Assembly (NCBI GenBank): GCA_004431415.1
Contig: QPMI01000041.1
Coordinates: 1-50,643, forward strand
DNA length: 50,643 nt
Reading direction: 5' to 3'
From: Cyanophora paradoxa CCMP329
Taxonomy: Eukaryota > Plantae > Glaucophyta
Under the pieces are notes generated by a model. That model did not search any database and was not told the DNA's origin. It was given only the letters and a program-made list of their open reading frames with translations. The position numbers were made by a program, and so were the translations under genes. Shown one piece after another: positions 23,025-34,592 of this stretch (position 1 is its first letter; the number at the start of each line of letters is the position of its first letter).

Positions 23025-24699
23025 TCCCGGTTTTTTCGGTACCGAGCTCGGATCCCGCAGGGTCCGCTTTTCACACAAAGCCGCTTTTCACATAGCTGCA
23101 GCCTGCAGAACATGATGTGACATAGCTATAGGCTACAGCACGCGGAAACTCGATAGTGGTAAACGTTGGGGCAGCGTGCTAGCGCTAGAAGCCAGCCGCG
23201 GCACAGTGCCGCTGGGAGCGGCGGGCGGAGGCACTGAACGTAGAAAGAGAGGCGCTGGCCTGGTGCTAGCTGACGACTGGAGCCGGAGCAGTGGGCTGGG
23301 GCCGCCGGACAGCGGGGCGACGGCGCCGGCGGGGCGGGGCGGGGCGCGGTGGAATGGCGGCCGCGGCTCCGGGGCGGCGAGCCGCGCGGCGGATCAGTAG
23401 CGCCAATCCTCCTCACGCAGCTGCGAGCAGGCGCCAGGGAAGCGCGTCTCTCACCCGAACCACGCAGCCCTCAGGCTGCGAGTCTCCGCCCCGCGCGAAG
23501 GATGACAGGCTGCGTGGTTCGGGTGAGACGCGCGCGGCCGCGGCCACGGGCTTCGGATCCGCTCACCAGCAAGAGCAGCGTGCGACGAGCACCTACATCC
23601 GCATCACCGGATGCCGGGCGGCCCGCTAGCTCTGCGCGATGGGTGCACGCGTACGGGTGAGATACTGCGCGCCGCCGAGAACGGGTGCAGGGGTGACCGA
23701 CCAGAGCACGCTCAGGATCGCGAATGAATCGACAGCTGCAGGCGGCTCATGCCGCCCTAGCTGCGATGCAGCCCTAGCTGTTTGCAGACCGCGCGCGGTT
23801 CAGCCGGCTGCGGACGATCCAAGAAGGCAGCTCAACGTGCTCGAAGGTTCCTCAAGGCGGGGCACGAGGCGGCGGCGTGCGAGGCGGCGGCTTGCGAGGC
23901 GGGATTGCCGTGGGCGGCGCTTCCGAGACAGGCCAATCGTGCTCTGGAACCGCGAATGAGCGCATTCTCCCGTCCAGCTGCTCGCCCGCACGCTGTGGAG
24001 CGAGATGCTGTCACGCACGATCTTTTTTGCGCCGGCTTGGGGTACCGCGCTCGCCCGTTCGCTTCGCTCCTCGGGCTTCGCAATGCGCTCTGATCATGAG
24101 GTGGTTGCCGGTGCGCTCTCTCTATGTCGTCTTTCTGCACTTGAATAACCGTCGCGGCTCGCAGTGCTTGCGAGCTCGTGCGGCGCCGCCGAGTTACAGC
24201 TTACGGCGCGCGCCCCGCGGCGCGCGCGCGTGGCTCGATGCCATGATGCGAATGGATTGCACGCCAGGCGTCGATCCGTGAGGCGGCCCAGGCCGTGCTT
24301 CTCCAGGCGCTGCGCATGCATATGCATATGCGGCACGGTACGCCTCCCAGCGCCGCGCCTCTTAGCTTCGGGCTTGAGCCTGGCGCTGACTTTCGATCTT
24401 TCTCCGCTTGCAGCGCGCTGCTCGACGCGCCGCACGCCGACGCGAACTTGCAATTGCGGTACATATGCATTTACGCCTCGCTTCATTCGAATGCAGAAGA
24501 CCTAGCTATCTTACGCCTGACACTACTTAGCTAGATGCACGGGATAGCGCATCGGTTGGGCCCTGAGGTACGGCAGCTCAAGGCTGCTTTCCCGGGAACC
24601 ACGTATCATAATACGTTGGCGATCGACCAGGGCGGATCGCCGTATGCCATTCCGGCCTCGCCCTTGCGAGTTCCGGAACAAGAACTCTCCGGGTAAGCG

Positions 24700-25023
24700 C
24701 GCTAGGCGCCTGTACCCCGGTGAGGGCCGTTGCGGGACCGAGGCGGTGTACCCCGCTCGGGGTACTCCGCTCGGGGCCGTCGCGGGGCCGATCGGGGTAC
24801 CCCGCTCGGGGGTACACTTGATCGGGGCCGCTTGGACGCTGTACCCCTCTCCGGGGTACGCGTTCGGCCTCGGGCCGCGCCTTGTGGGGCCGGTTGGGGC
24901 GAACGGCGTACCCCGGGGAGGGGTACGCGGTTTCTTCCGGGTTCGGGGATCCGAAGCCGGGTACCGCCGCCGGAGGCCGCGGGGGTGAGCGTAGCGAACG
25001 CAGCACGAATGCAGTACCCCCTA
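24700..25023. mobile_element. Probable hAT-like transposon end
   Basis: About ten GTACCC/GGGTAC-type motifs in both orientations, ending in CAGTACCCCCTA (TAGGGGGTAC on -). No partner end identified. Confidence 0.4.
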
Positions 25024-25449
25024 CCAAACAAGAGTCAGGTCACAGCCAGCCAGAATAGCATACATAAGAACAAGAGCGATCAAGAGGGCGAGGGTTGCAC
25101 CACCCTCCTCCTGCCCCCCCCCCCCTCTTTTCTCCCCCCCGCCACCTCAACGTGTCTTCGGACGCTGAGCCCCATCCCCAGCGCACTGTGCTGTAGGGGA
25201 ACGGGCAGAGAGCGTGAATTCGGACAACAACATGCCATGATGGGGCCGGGGGGCCAAGAAGCCCGAGGTAACGAGCCGGCACAGAAGGCTGGGGAGGTTC
25301 TCGCCGTGCCCCTATGGGACAGTCGACTAACTGGGGCGGCGCTTGATAGTTGCGCCGCCAGATCCCGCCGCCAACAATTGGCAAGTCATGCTGGGCGGTG
25401 CGGGCCAGGGCGCGCTACGGGTGGGGGCGGGCAAGGTGGCCGCACGTGC

Positions 25450-28400
25450 ACTGCGCGTCGGCGTGAAGTCGCGCGAGGCCGTTACGGACCTCGGGGCCGC
25501 GGCGGAATGTTAAAACACTCCAGCCGGTGCGCATCGACAGCAGGCCCACCGACGGCCCGCCCTGCGCCAGCAGGCGGGGCGGCGGCAGCGGACGAGCAAG
25601 ATCGTGGGGCCGCGCGCGGTCGCTACGTATACAGACCTCGGGGCGGTGGCGGAGCCTGAGCTCCAGCCGGAGAGTGCCGCGGGCGAGCCAGCGGCCGGCC
25701 TGCCCTGCGCCAGCAGCTAGCAGGTCAGGCGGCGGCGGCTAGCCGAGCCGCAGCGCGGGGCCGCGCGAGGTGGCTACGGACCTTGGGGCGACGGTGGAGC
25801 CTGGGCTCCCGCAGCAGGGCTGCGGGCACGCCAGCGGTCAGTCTGCCTTGTGCAAGCAGGCGAGGCGGCGGCGGCGAGCTTGGCGGCGGTGCGGGGCCGC
25901 GCGAGGCCGGTACCGGCCTCGGGGCGGGGGCGGAGCCTTCAGCTCCAGCCCGTGAGCGCTGCGGGCGAGCCAGCGGCCGGCCCGCCCTGCACTAGCAGGT
26001 CGGTCGGGGGCGGTGAGCCGGGCGGCGGCTCGGGGCCACGCAAGGTTGTAACGGACCTCGGGGCTGAGGTGGAGCCTTGAGCTCCAGCACGAGAGCGCCA
26101 CGGGCGAGCCCCACGGCTGGTACGTCTTTGTGCAGGCAGGCGAGGAGGCGGCGGCGAGCTCAACGGCGGCGCGGGCCGCGCGAGGCTGCTACGGCCTCGG
26201 GGCGGAGGCGGAGCCTGGGGCTCCAGCAAGGGAGCGCCGCGGGCGAGACAGCGGCCGCCCCGCCCTGCGCCAGCAGGTTAGGCGGTGGTGGCGCGCTCCG
26301 CAGCGGCGAGGGCCGCGCGAGGTCGCTGCGGACCTTGGGCGGAAGCGGAGCGCTGCGCTCCAGCAGGGGAGCGCCACGAGCGAGCCAGCGGTCGGCCAAC
26401 CTTGCGCAAGCAGGTTTGCGGCGGCGGCAAGCTCGGCGGCGGTGCGGGGCCGCGCGAGGTCGAGATGGGCCTCGGGCCGTGGTGGAGCCTGGAGCTCCAG
26501 CAGGAGAACGCCGCGGGTGGGCCAGAGGCCGGCCCGCCCTGTGCCAGCATGTCAGACGGCGGCGGCGCGCGTTGTGGTGGCACAGGGTCGCGCGAGGTCG
26601 CTACCGACCTCGGGGCGATGGTGGGGCCTGGAGCTCAGTAGGAGAGCTCCGTGGGCGAGCCCGCGGTCGGCCCGCCCTGCGCTAGCAGTCGAGGCGGCGG
26701 CGGCTGGGGGCCGCGCGAGGTCGTTGCGGACCTCGGGGCGGTGGTGGGCCATAAGCTTCAGCAGGAGAGCGCTGCTGGCGAGCCAGAGGCCGGCCCGCCC
26801 TGCGCAAGCAGGTTATGCGGCGGCGGCGAGCTCAGTGGCGGCGCGGGGACGCGCGAGGTCGCTGCCGACCTCGGGGCGGGGGTGGAGCCTCGCGCTCCAG
26901 CCAGGAAGCGTCGCGGGCGAGCTAGAGACCGGCCCGCCCTACGCAAGCTGGGGGAGCGATGGCGGCGGGCCGAGCGGTAGTGTGGGCCGCGCGAGGTCGC
27001 TTCAGACCTCGGGGAGGTGGTGGAGCCTCGAGCTCCAGCCGGGGAGTGCCGTGGGCAAGCCAAAGGCCGGCCCGCCTTGCGTACGCAGGTCAGGCGGCGG
27101 TGGCGAGCCGAGCTGTGGCATGGGGCCACGCGAGGTCGCCACGGACCTTGGGGCGGCGGCGGAGCTTTGAGCTCCAGTAGGAGGCGCTGCGGGCGAGCCA
27201 GCGGCCGGCCCGCCCTGCGCAAGCAGGTCAGGCGGCGGCGGCGAGCCGAGCGGCGGCGCGGGGCCACGCGAGGTCGCAGTAGACCTCGGTGTAGTAGCGG
27301 GGCCTGGAGCTTCAGCCAGGGGGCCTTGCGGGCGAGCCAGGGGCCGGCCCGCCCTGCGCAAGCAGGTCGGGCGGAGGCGGCGGGTCGAGCAGCGGCGCGG
27401 GGCCGCGCGAGGCCGTGACGGACCTCGGGGCCGCGAAGGAGCCTTGAGCTCCAGCAGGGGGTGACGTGGGCGAGCCAGAGGCCGGTCAGCCCTGCGCAAG
27501 CAGGCGAGGTGGCGGCGGGGAGCCGAGCGGCGGCGCGGGGCCGTGCGAGGTCGCTGCAGACCTCGGGGCGGTGGTGGAGGCTTGAGTTCCAGCAGGAGAG
27601 CGCTGCTGGCGAGCCAGCGACCGGCCTGCCCTTCGCGAGTAGGTCTGACGGCGGTAGCGGGTCGAGCGGCGGCGCGGGACCGCGCGAGGCCGCTACGGAC
27701 CTTCGGGCGGCGGCGGAGCTTTTTGCTACCGCAGGAGGCGCTGCGCGCGGTCCACCGGCCGGCCCGCCCTGCGCAAGCAGGTCAGGTGGCGGCGGCGAGT
27801 TCCGCGGCGGCGCGGGATCGCGCGAGGTTGCTGCAGACCTTGGAGCGGTGGCGGAGCCTTGAGCTCCAGCCAGGAAGCGTCCGACGGCCGCGGGCGGGCT
27901 ACGGGCCGGCCCGCCCTGTGCCAGCCGGTCAAGCGGAGGCAGCGAGCCGGGCGATGGCGCCGGGCCGCGCGAGGTCGCTGCAGACCTCGGGGAGGTGGTG
28001 GAGCCTTGAGCTCCAGCAGGAGAGCGCGGTGGGTGGCCAGCGGCCGCCCGCCCTGCACCCGCAGGTCAGGCGGCGGCGGCAAGCCGGGTGGCGGCGTGGG
28101 GCTGTGCGAGGCCGTGAACGGACCTCGGGGTGGAGGTGGAGCCCTGGGCTCCAGCCGGGGAGCGCTGCATGCGAGCCAGCGGCCGGCCCGCCCTGCGCAA
28201 GCAGGTGATGCGGCGGCGGCGGGCCGAGCAGCAGCGCGGGGCTGCGCGAGGCCGTGACGGACCTCGGGGCGGAGGTGGAGCCCTGGGCTCCAGCCGGGGA
28301 GCGCTGTATGCGAGCCAGCGGCCGGCCCGTCCTGCGCAAGCAGGTTATGCGGCGGCGGCGAGCCGAGCGGCAGCGTGGGCCGTGCGAGGCCGTGATGGAC

Positions 28401-31400
28401 CGCGGGGCGGAGGTGGGGCCCTGGGCTCCAGCCGGAGGGCGCCGCGGGCGAGTCAGCGGCTGGCCCGCCCTGCGCAAGCAGGTTATGCGGCGGTGGCGGG
28501 TCGAGCGGCGGCGTGGCGGGGCCGCGCGAGGTCGTGACGGACCTCGCGGCGGAGGCGGAGCCCTGGGCTCCAGCCGGAGAGCGCCGCGGTCGAGACAGCG
28601 GCCGACCTGTCCCGTGCAAGCAGGGCAGGCGGCGGCGGCGGGTCGAGAGGCGGGCGCGGGGCCGCGCGAGGTCGTTTTTGGACCGCAGGGCGGAGGTGGA
28701 GCCCTGGGCTCCAGCCGGAGAGCGCCGCGGTCGAGCCAGCGGCCTGCCCGCCCTACGCAAGCAGGTTAAGCGACGGTGGCGGGTCGGGCAGCAGCGCGGG
28801 GCCGCGCGAGGCGTGACGGACCGCGGGGCGGAGGTGGGGCCCTGGGCTCCAGCCGGAGGGCGCCGCGGGCGAGTCAGCGGCTGGCCCGCCCTGCGCAAGC
28901 AGGTTATGCGGCGGCGGCGGGTCTTAAGCGGCGGTGGCGGGTCGAGCGGCGGCGGGGCTGCGCGAGGCCGTGACGGACCGCGGGCGGAGGTGGGCCCTGG
29001 GCTCCAGCCGGAGAGCGCCGCGGTCGAGCCAGCTGCCGGCCCGCCCTGCGCAGGCAGGTTATGCGGCGGTGGCGGGTCGAGTGGCGGCGCGGGGCCGCGC
29101 GAGGCCGTGAACGGACCTCGGGGCGGAGGTGAAGCCCTGGACTCCGGCCGGGGGCGCTGCATGCGAGCCAGCGGCCGGCCCGCCCTGCGCAAGCAGGTTA
29201 CGCGGCGGCGGCGGGTCGAGCGGCAGCGCGGGGTCGCGCGAAGCCGTGACGGACCTCGGGGCGGAGGTGGAGCCCTGGGCTCCAGCCGGGGGGCGCTGCA
29301 TGCGAGCCAGCGGCCGGCCCTGCGCAGGCATGTTATGCGGCAGCGGCGGGTCGAGCGGTAGCGCGGGGCTGCGCGCGGCCGTGACAGGCCTCGGGGTGAA
29401 GGTGGAGCCCTGGGCTCCAGCCGGGGAGCGCTGCATGCGAGCCAGCGGCCGGCCCGCCCTGCGCCAGCAGGTCAGGCAGTGGCGGTACGCCGAGCTGCAG
29501 CGCGGGGCCGCGCGAGGCCGTGACGGACCTCGGGGCAGCGGTGGAGCCCTGAGCTCCAGCCGGGGAGCGCTGCATGCGAGCCAGTGGCCGGCCCGCCCTG
29601 TGCAAGCAGGTTATGCGGCGGCGGTGGTCGAGCGGCAGCGCGGGCTGCGCGAGGCCGTGACGGACCTCGGGGCGGAGGTGGAGCCCTGGACTCCAGCCGT
29701 GGAGAGCTGCATGCGAGCCAGCGGCCGGCCCGCCTGCGAAAGCAGGTTATGCGGCGGCGGCGGGTCGAGCAGCAGCGCGGGGCTGCGCGAGGCCGTGATT
29801 GACCTCGGGGCGGAGGTGGGGCCCTGGGCTCCAGCCGGGAGCGCTGCATGCGAGCCAACGGGCGGCCCGCCCTGCGCAAGCAGGTTATGCAGCGGTGGAG
29901 GGTCGAGCGGCAGCGCAGGGCCGTGCGAAGCCGTGACGGACCCCGGGAGCGGAGGTGGAGCCCTGGACTCCAGCCGGGGGCGCTGCATGCGAACCAGCGG
30001 CCGGCCCGCCTGCGCAAGCAGGTTTTTCGGCGGCGGCGGGTCGAGCGGCAGTGCGGGCCGCGCGAGGCCGTGACGGACCTCGGGGCGGAGGTGGAGCCCT
30101 GGGCTCCAGCCGGGGAGTGCTGCATGCGAGCCAGCGGCCAGCCCGCCCTGCGCAAGCAGGTTATGCGGCGGCGGCGGGTCGAGCGGCAGCGCGGGGCCGC
30201 GCGAGGCCGTGACGGACCTCGGGTGGAGGTGGGGCCCTGGGCTCGAGCGGGGAGCGCTGCCTGCGAGCCAGCGGCTGGCCCGCCCCGCGCCAGCACTGCG
30301 GCAGGTTATGCGGCGGCGGCGGGTCGAGCGGCAGCGCGGGGCCGCGCGAGGCCGTGACGGACCTCGGGGCGGAGGTGGAGCCCTGGGCTCCAGCCGGGGA
30401 GTGCTGCATGCGAGCCAGCGGCCGGCCCGCCCTGCGCAAGCAGGTGATGCGGCGGCGGCGGGCCGAGCAGCAGTGCGGTGCCACGCGAGGCTGTGATGGA
30501 CCTCGGGCGGAGATGGAGCCCTGGGCTCCAGCCGGGGAGCGCGGCAGGTGAGCCAGCGGCCGGCCCGCCCTGTGCAAGCAGGTCAGGCGGCGGCGGCGGG
30601 TCGAGCGGCGGCGCGGGGCCGCGCGAGGCCGTGAACGGACCTCGGGGCGGAGGTGAAGCCCTGGACTCCGGCCGGGGGCGCTGCATGCGAGCCAGCGGCC
30701 GGCCCGCCTGCGCAAGCAGGGCAGGCGGCGGCGGCGGGTCGAGCGGCGGGCGCGGGGCCGCGCGAGGTCGTTTTTGGACCTCAGGGCGGAGGTGGAGCCC
30801 TGGGCTCCAGCCGGAGAGCGCCGCGGTCGAGCCAGCGGCCGGCCCGCCCTGCGCAAGCAGGTTATGCGGCGGCGGCGGGTCGAGCGGCAGCGCGGGGCCG
30901 TGCGAGGCCGTGACGGACCTCGGGGCGGAGGCGGAGCCCTGGGCTCCAGCCGGGGAGCGCTGCATGCGAGCCAGCGGCCGGCCCGCCCTGCGCAAGCAGG
31001 TTAAGCGGCGGTGGCGGGTCGAGCGGCGGCGGGGCCGCGCGAGGCCGTGACGGACCGTGGTGCGGAGGCGGAGCCCTGGGCTCCAGCGGGGAGCGCTGCA
31101 TGCGAGCCAGCGGCCGGCCCGCCCTGCGCAAGCAGGTTATGCGGCGGCGGCGGGTCGAGCGGCAGCGCGGGGCCGCGCGAAGCCGTGACGGACCTCGGGC
31201 AGAGGTGGAGCCCTGGGCTCCAGCCGGGGAGCGCTGCATGCGAGCCAGCGGTCGGCCCGCCCTGCGCAAGCAGGTTATGCGGCGGCGGCGGGTCTGAAGC
31301 GGTGGTGGCGGGTCGAGCGGCGGCGGGGCTGCGCGAGGCCGTGACGGACCGCGGGGCGGAGGTGGGGCCCTGGGCTCCAGCTGGGGAGCGCTGCATGCGA

Positions 31401-32180
31401 GCCAACGGGCGGCCCGCCCTGCGCCAGCAGGTCAGGCAGTGGCGGTACGCCGAGCTGCAGCGCGGGCCGCGCGAGGCCGTGACGGACCTCGGGCAGAGGT
31501 GGAGCCTGGGCTCCAGCCGGGGAGCGCTGCATGCGAGCCAGCGGTCGGCCCGCCTGCGCAAGCAGGTTATGCGGCGGCGGCGGGTCTGAAGCGGCGGTGG
31601 CGGGTCGAGCGGCGGCGGGGCTGCGCGAGGCCGTGACGGACCGTGGGGCGGAGGTGGGGCCCTGGGCTCCAGCCGGGGAGCGCTGCATGCGAGCCAACGG
31701 GCGGCCCGCCCTGCGCAAGCAGGTTATGCGGCGGTGGCGGGTCGAGCGGCGGCGCGGCGGGGCCGCGCGAGGCCGCGACGGACCTCGGGGCGTCGGTGGA
31801 ACCCTGGGCTCTAGCTGGAGAGTGCCGCATACGAGCCAGCGGCCTGCCCGCCCTGCGTAAGCAGGTTACGCGGCGGCGGCGGGTCGCGCAGCAGCGCGGG
31901 GCCGCGCGAGGTCGCGACGGACCTCGGGGCGGAGGTGGAGCCCTGGGCTCCAGCCGGAGAGCGACGCAGGCGAGCCAGCTGCCGGCCCGCCCTGCGTAAG
32001 CAGGTTATGCAGCGGCGGCGGGTCGAGCGGCGGTGCGAGGCCATGCGAGACCGCGACGGACCTCGGGGCGGAGGTGGGGCCTGGGCTCCAGCCGGGGGGC
32101 GCCGCAGGCGAGCCAGCGGTCGGTCCGCCCTGCGCCAGCAGGTCCGGCGGTGGCGGCGAGCCGAGCGGCGCGGATGCGCG
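25450..32180. repeat. GC-rich tandem satellite, unit about 139 bp, roughly 48 copies
   Basis: Recurring GAGGCCGTGACGGACCTCGGGGCGGAGGTGGAGCCCTGGGCTCCAGCC…CCCTGCGCAAGCAGGTTATGCGGCGGCGG. Measured spacings: 139 (28191 to 28330; 30064 to 30203), 137 and 145. Confidence 0.93.
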
Positions 32181-32684
32181 GAAGGTCGTCAGCGGCCGAC
32201 TCGCAGCGAGATCTAGAGCGCCAGCGAGGACGTCGACCGTAGTCCGCAGCGTAACGTGCCAGCGACAGCATTGCGGCAGCGGAAGCGCCAGCCAGGCAGC
32301 TGCAGCTGCAGTTGCGGTGTCGGGCGCCGCGGCGTCGGCTGACTCAGTGAGTCCGGGCTGACTCGCAGTGTCTCGCACGCGCACGGCGGCTGCGGCTGCA
32401 GTACGGCGGCTAGTTTTCGTGCGGCCGCCCGGCCGCCGGCCGGGCATGTGGCGATATCGATGCGCTGCTGATGCGCACTGCGGCAGCGGATTCTGAGCGG
32501 AAGCGCCCGGAATTCGAAGCGCCAGCCTGGCACTGCGGCAGCGAGACCGCGCGCCGCGCGCGCGCGCGCCGCGCGCGCGGCCGCGGGCGCCCCGGCCCGG
32601 GCCGGCCGCCGCGGCCCGCGGGTTCGCGGGTCCGCCGGTCCAGCGCCGGCGGCCGGCGGCGGCCGGGTTCGCGTTTTTTTTTTT

Positions 32685-32763
32685 GTTTTTGTTTTGTTTG
32701 TTTTAGGTCGAATCAACCATTGAATTGACTAAAATCGACCGAAAACAAACAAAAAACAAAAAC
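32685..32763. repeat. AT-rich inverted repeat (27/29-bp arms, 23-bp spacer)
   Basis: GTTTTTGTTTTGTTTGTTTTAGGTCGA - ATCAACCATTGAATTGACTAAAA - TCGACCGAAAACAAACAAAAAACAAAAAC. Confidence 0.85.
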
Positions 32764-32839
32764 ACTCTGCGATCGCGATCGATCGCGAGGCGGCCGGCAT
32801 GCGCAGCGGGCACTCCGACGGAGTGCGGCCTCGGGGCGG

Positions 32840-33612
32840 CGGGGCCCGCAGCGCGACGCGCCAGCGGTCCCCGGGCCGGAACTCAGAGGACGGGGCCCGC
32901 AGCGCCGGGCAAGCGGTGCCAAGCGCCAGCGGGCCATCTCGCAGCGGTTCCGCCAGCGAGGCCGTACTCCGGGGTGGAGCTCGCCGGCCGCGGGCGCGGC
33001 CGGGGCCTGCGGGCAGGCCGGGACCGCGGCGCGCCGCGCCAGCGGTCCCGGAACTCCGAGCACGGGGCCCGCAGCGGCAAGCGCCAGCGGGCCATCTCGC
33101 AGCGGTTCCGCCAGCGAGGCCGTGCTCCGGGGTGGAGCTCGCCGGCCGCGGGCGCGGCCGGGGCCTGCGGGCAGGCCGGCCCGGCGGGACCGCGGCGCGC
33201 CGCGCCAGCGGTCCCGGAACTCCGAGTACGGGGCCCGCAGCGCGCCGCGCCAGCGGGCCCTCTCGCAGCGGATCCGCCAGCGAGGCCGTACTCCGGGGTG
33301 GAGCTCGCCGGCCGCGGGCGCGGCCGGGGCCTGCGGGGCAGGCCGGGACGCGGCGCGCCGCGCCAGCGGTCCCCGGAACTCCGAGCACGGGGCCCGCAGC
33401 GGCAAGCGCCAGCGGGCCGACTCGCAGCGGTTCCGCCAGCGAGGCCGTACTCCGGGGTGGAGCTCGCCGGCCGCGGGCGCGGCCGGGGCCTGCGGGGCAG
33501 GCCGGGACCGCGGCGCGCCGCGCCAGCGGTCCCCGGAACTCCGAGGACGGGGCCCGCAGCGGCAAGCGCCAGCGGGCCGACTCGCAGCGGTTCCGCCAGC
33601 GAGAACCGTACT
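32840..33612. repeat. Second tandem array, unit about 160 bp, about 5 copies
   Basis: GCAGCGG(T/A)TCCGCCAGCGAG recurs at about 32941, 33099, 33265, 33424 and 33584. No evident similarity to the 139-bp unit. Confidence 0.9.
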
Positions 33613-34592
33613 CCGTCGCCACCCCGAGCCGCGCGGGCGGCCGGGCACCGTCCGTCGGTGGATCACGCGTAAGGCACGATCCAAGCCCGACGGCGCGGTG
33701 GGCCTGCAGCGCGAGCGCCAGCAGGCCGGGGCGGTCCTGCGCGAGCTCAGCCGGCGTGGCGCGGCGGCGGCGTCCGGCTCGAGCGCCGAGGAGCTCCCGG
33801 ATCATGCGCGCAGGGAATGGTCAGGGATCCGGCGGAATCGCGCGGCGGGTCTCAATACACGCTTATAGAGTGTATAGGCAAGCCGGCGGCCGCGGACTGA
33901 CGGTGGGCCCCGGGATAGCCAGCGCGCGCTGGATGCGAGCGTGGCGGCGGGCCCGGACGTGAATCCACGTACCGGCACGGCAGTAAGGCACCAGATTCAA
34001 GCGTGAATCGGGGCCCGGGGCCGATTCCGGGAGGATCGCTGGGAACAGGGTTTGCTCCGGCCAGCCAACGAGGCAGAACTGCTTCACAGTCGCTGCCGCG
34101 GGATCGCGCTCCACTGCAGCTAGTCATGGTGCTGCGGAGTTGGGTCGGCTCCGTGCAATGGGAGGGACGGCCGATATGTGCGGCCACCGGTCCGACAGGG
34201 CTGTTTAGGAGTGATTGCTGTGCTGGCTGTGGCGATTTCGCTTCGCCGCTGGTCGCTTCGTGGCCTGGAGCGGCCGCGAGCGAAGCTGGGCGTGAAGGGA
34301 AACCCGAATCAGCGTACCCCCGGAGCTCGGCGGCTTCAAGCCCGCCGGCTCGGCCCAACGGCTAGTTCAGCTAGTCCCCTGCGGGACGTTCGCTGCAGCC
34401 TGCTGCTCATCCCGTGCTCGCCTCGCGCCGCTCCGCGGCTAGCGAGTCGCTCGGCTCTTTCGTGCCTGGCGCTCGGCTACGGTCTTCTTTACTCGCATTC
34501 AGTCGGCGCAAAACTCGATTTACGCATTGAGAGCGCAAATCCCGATCGCCGGTTCCGATCACTCGCGGGACCCGGGCCCCGCGCCGCTAGAC

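Noticed and set aside
23130-24550. Possible decayed gene between the LTR element and the satellite
   Set aside because: No recognisable domain or consistent exon chain.
25450-33612. Tandem arrays as a CRISPR array or as repeat-protein genes (e.g. ORF 27726-29192)
   Set aside because: No unique spacers and no cas genes. Unit lengths of about 139 and 160 are not multiples of 3, and the translations cycle through frames.
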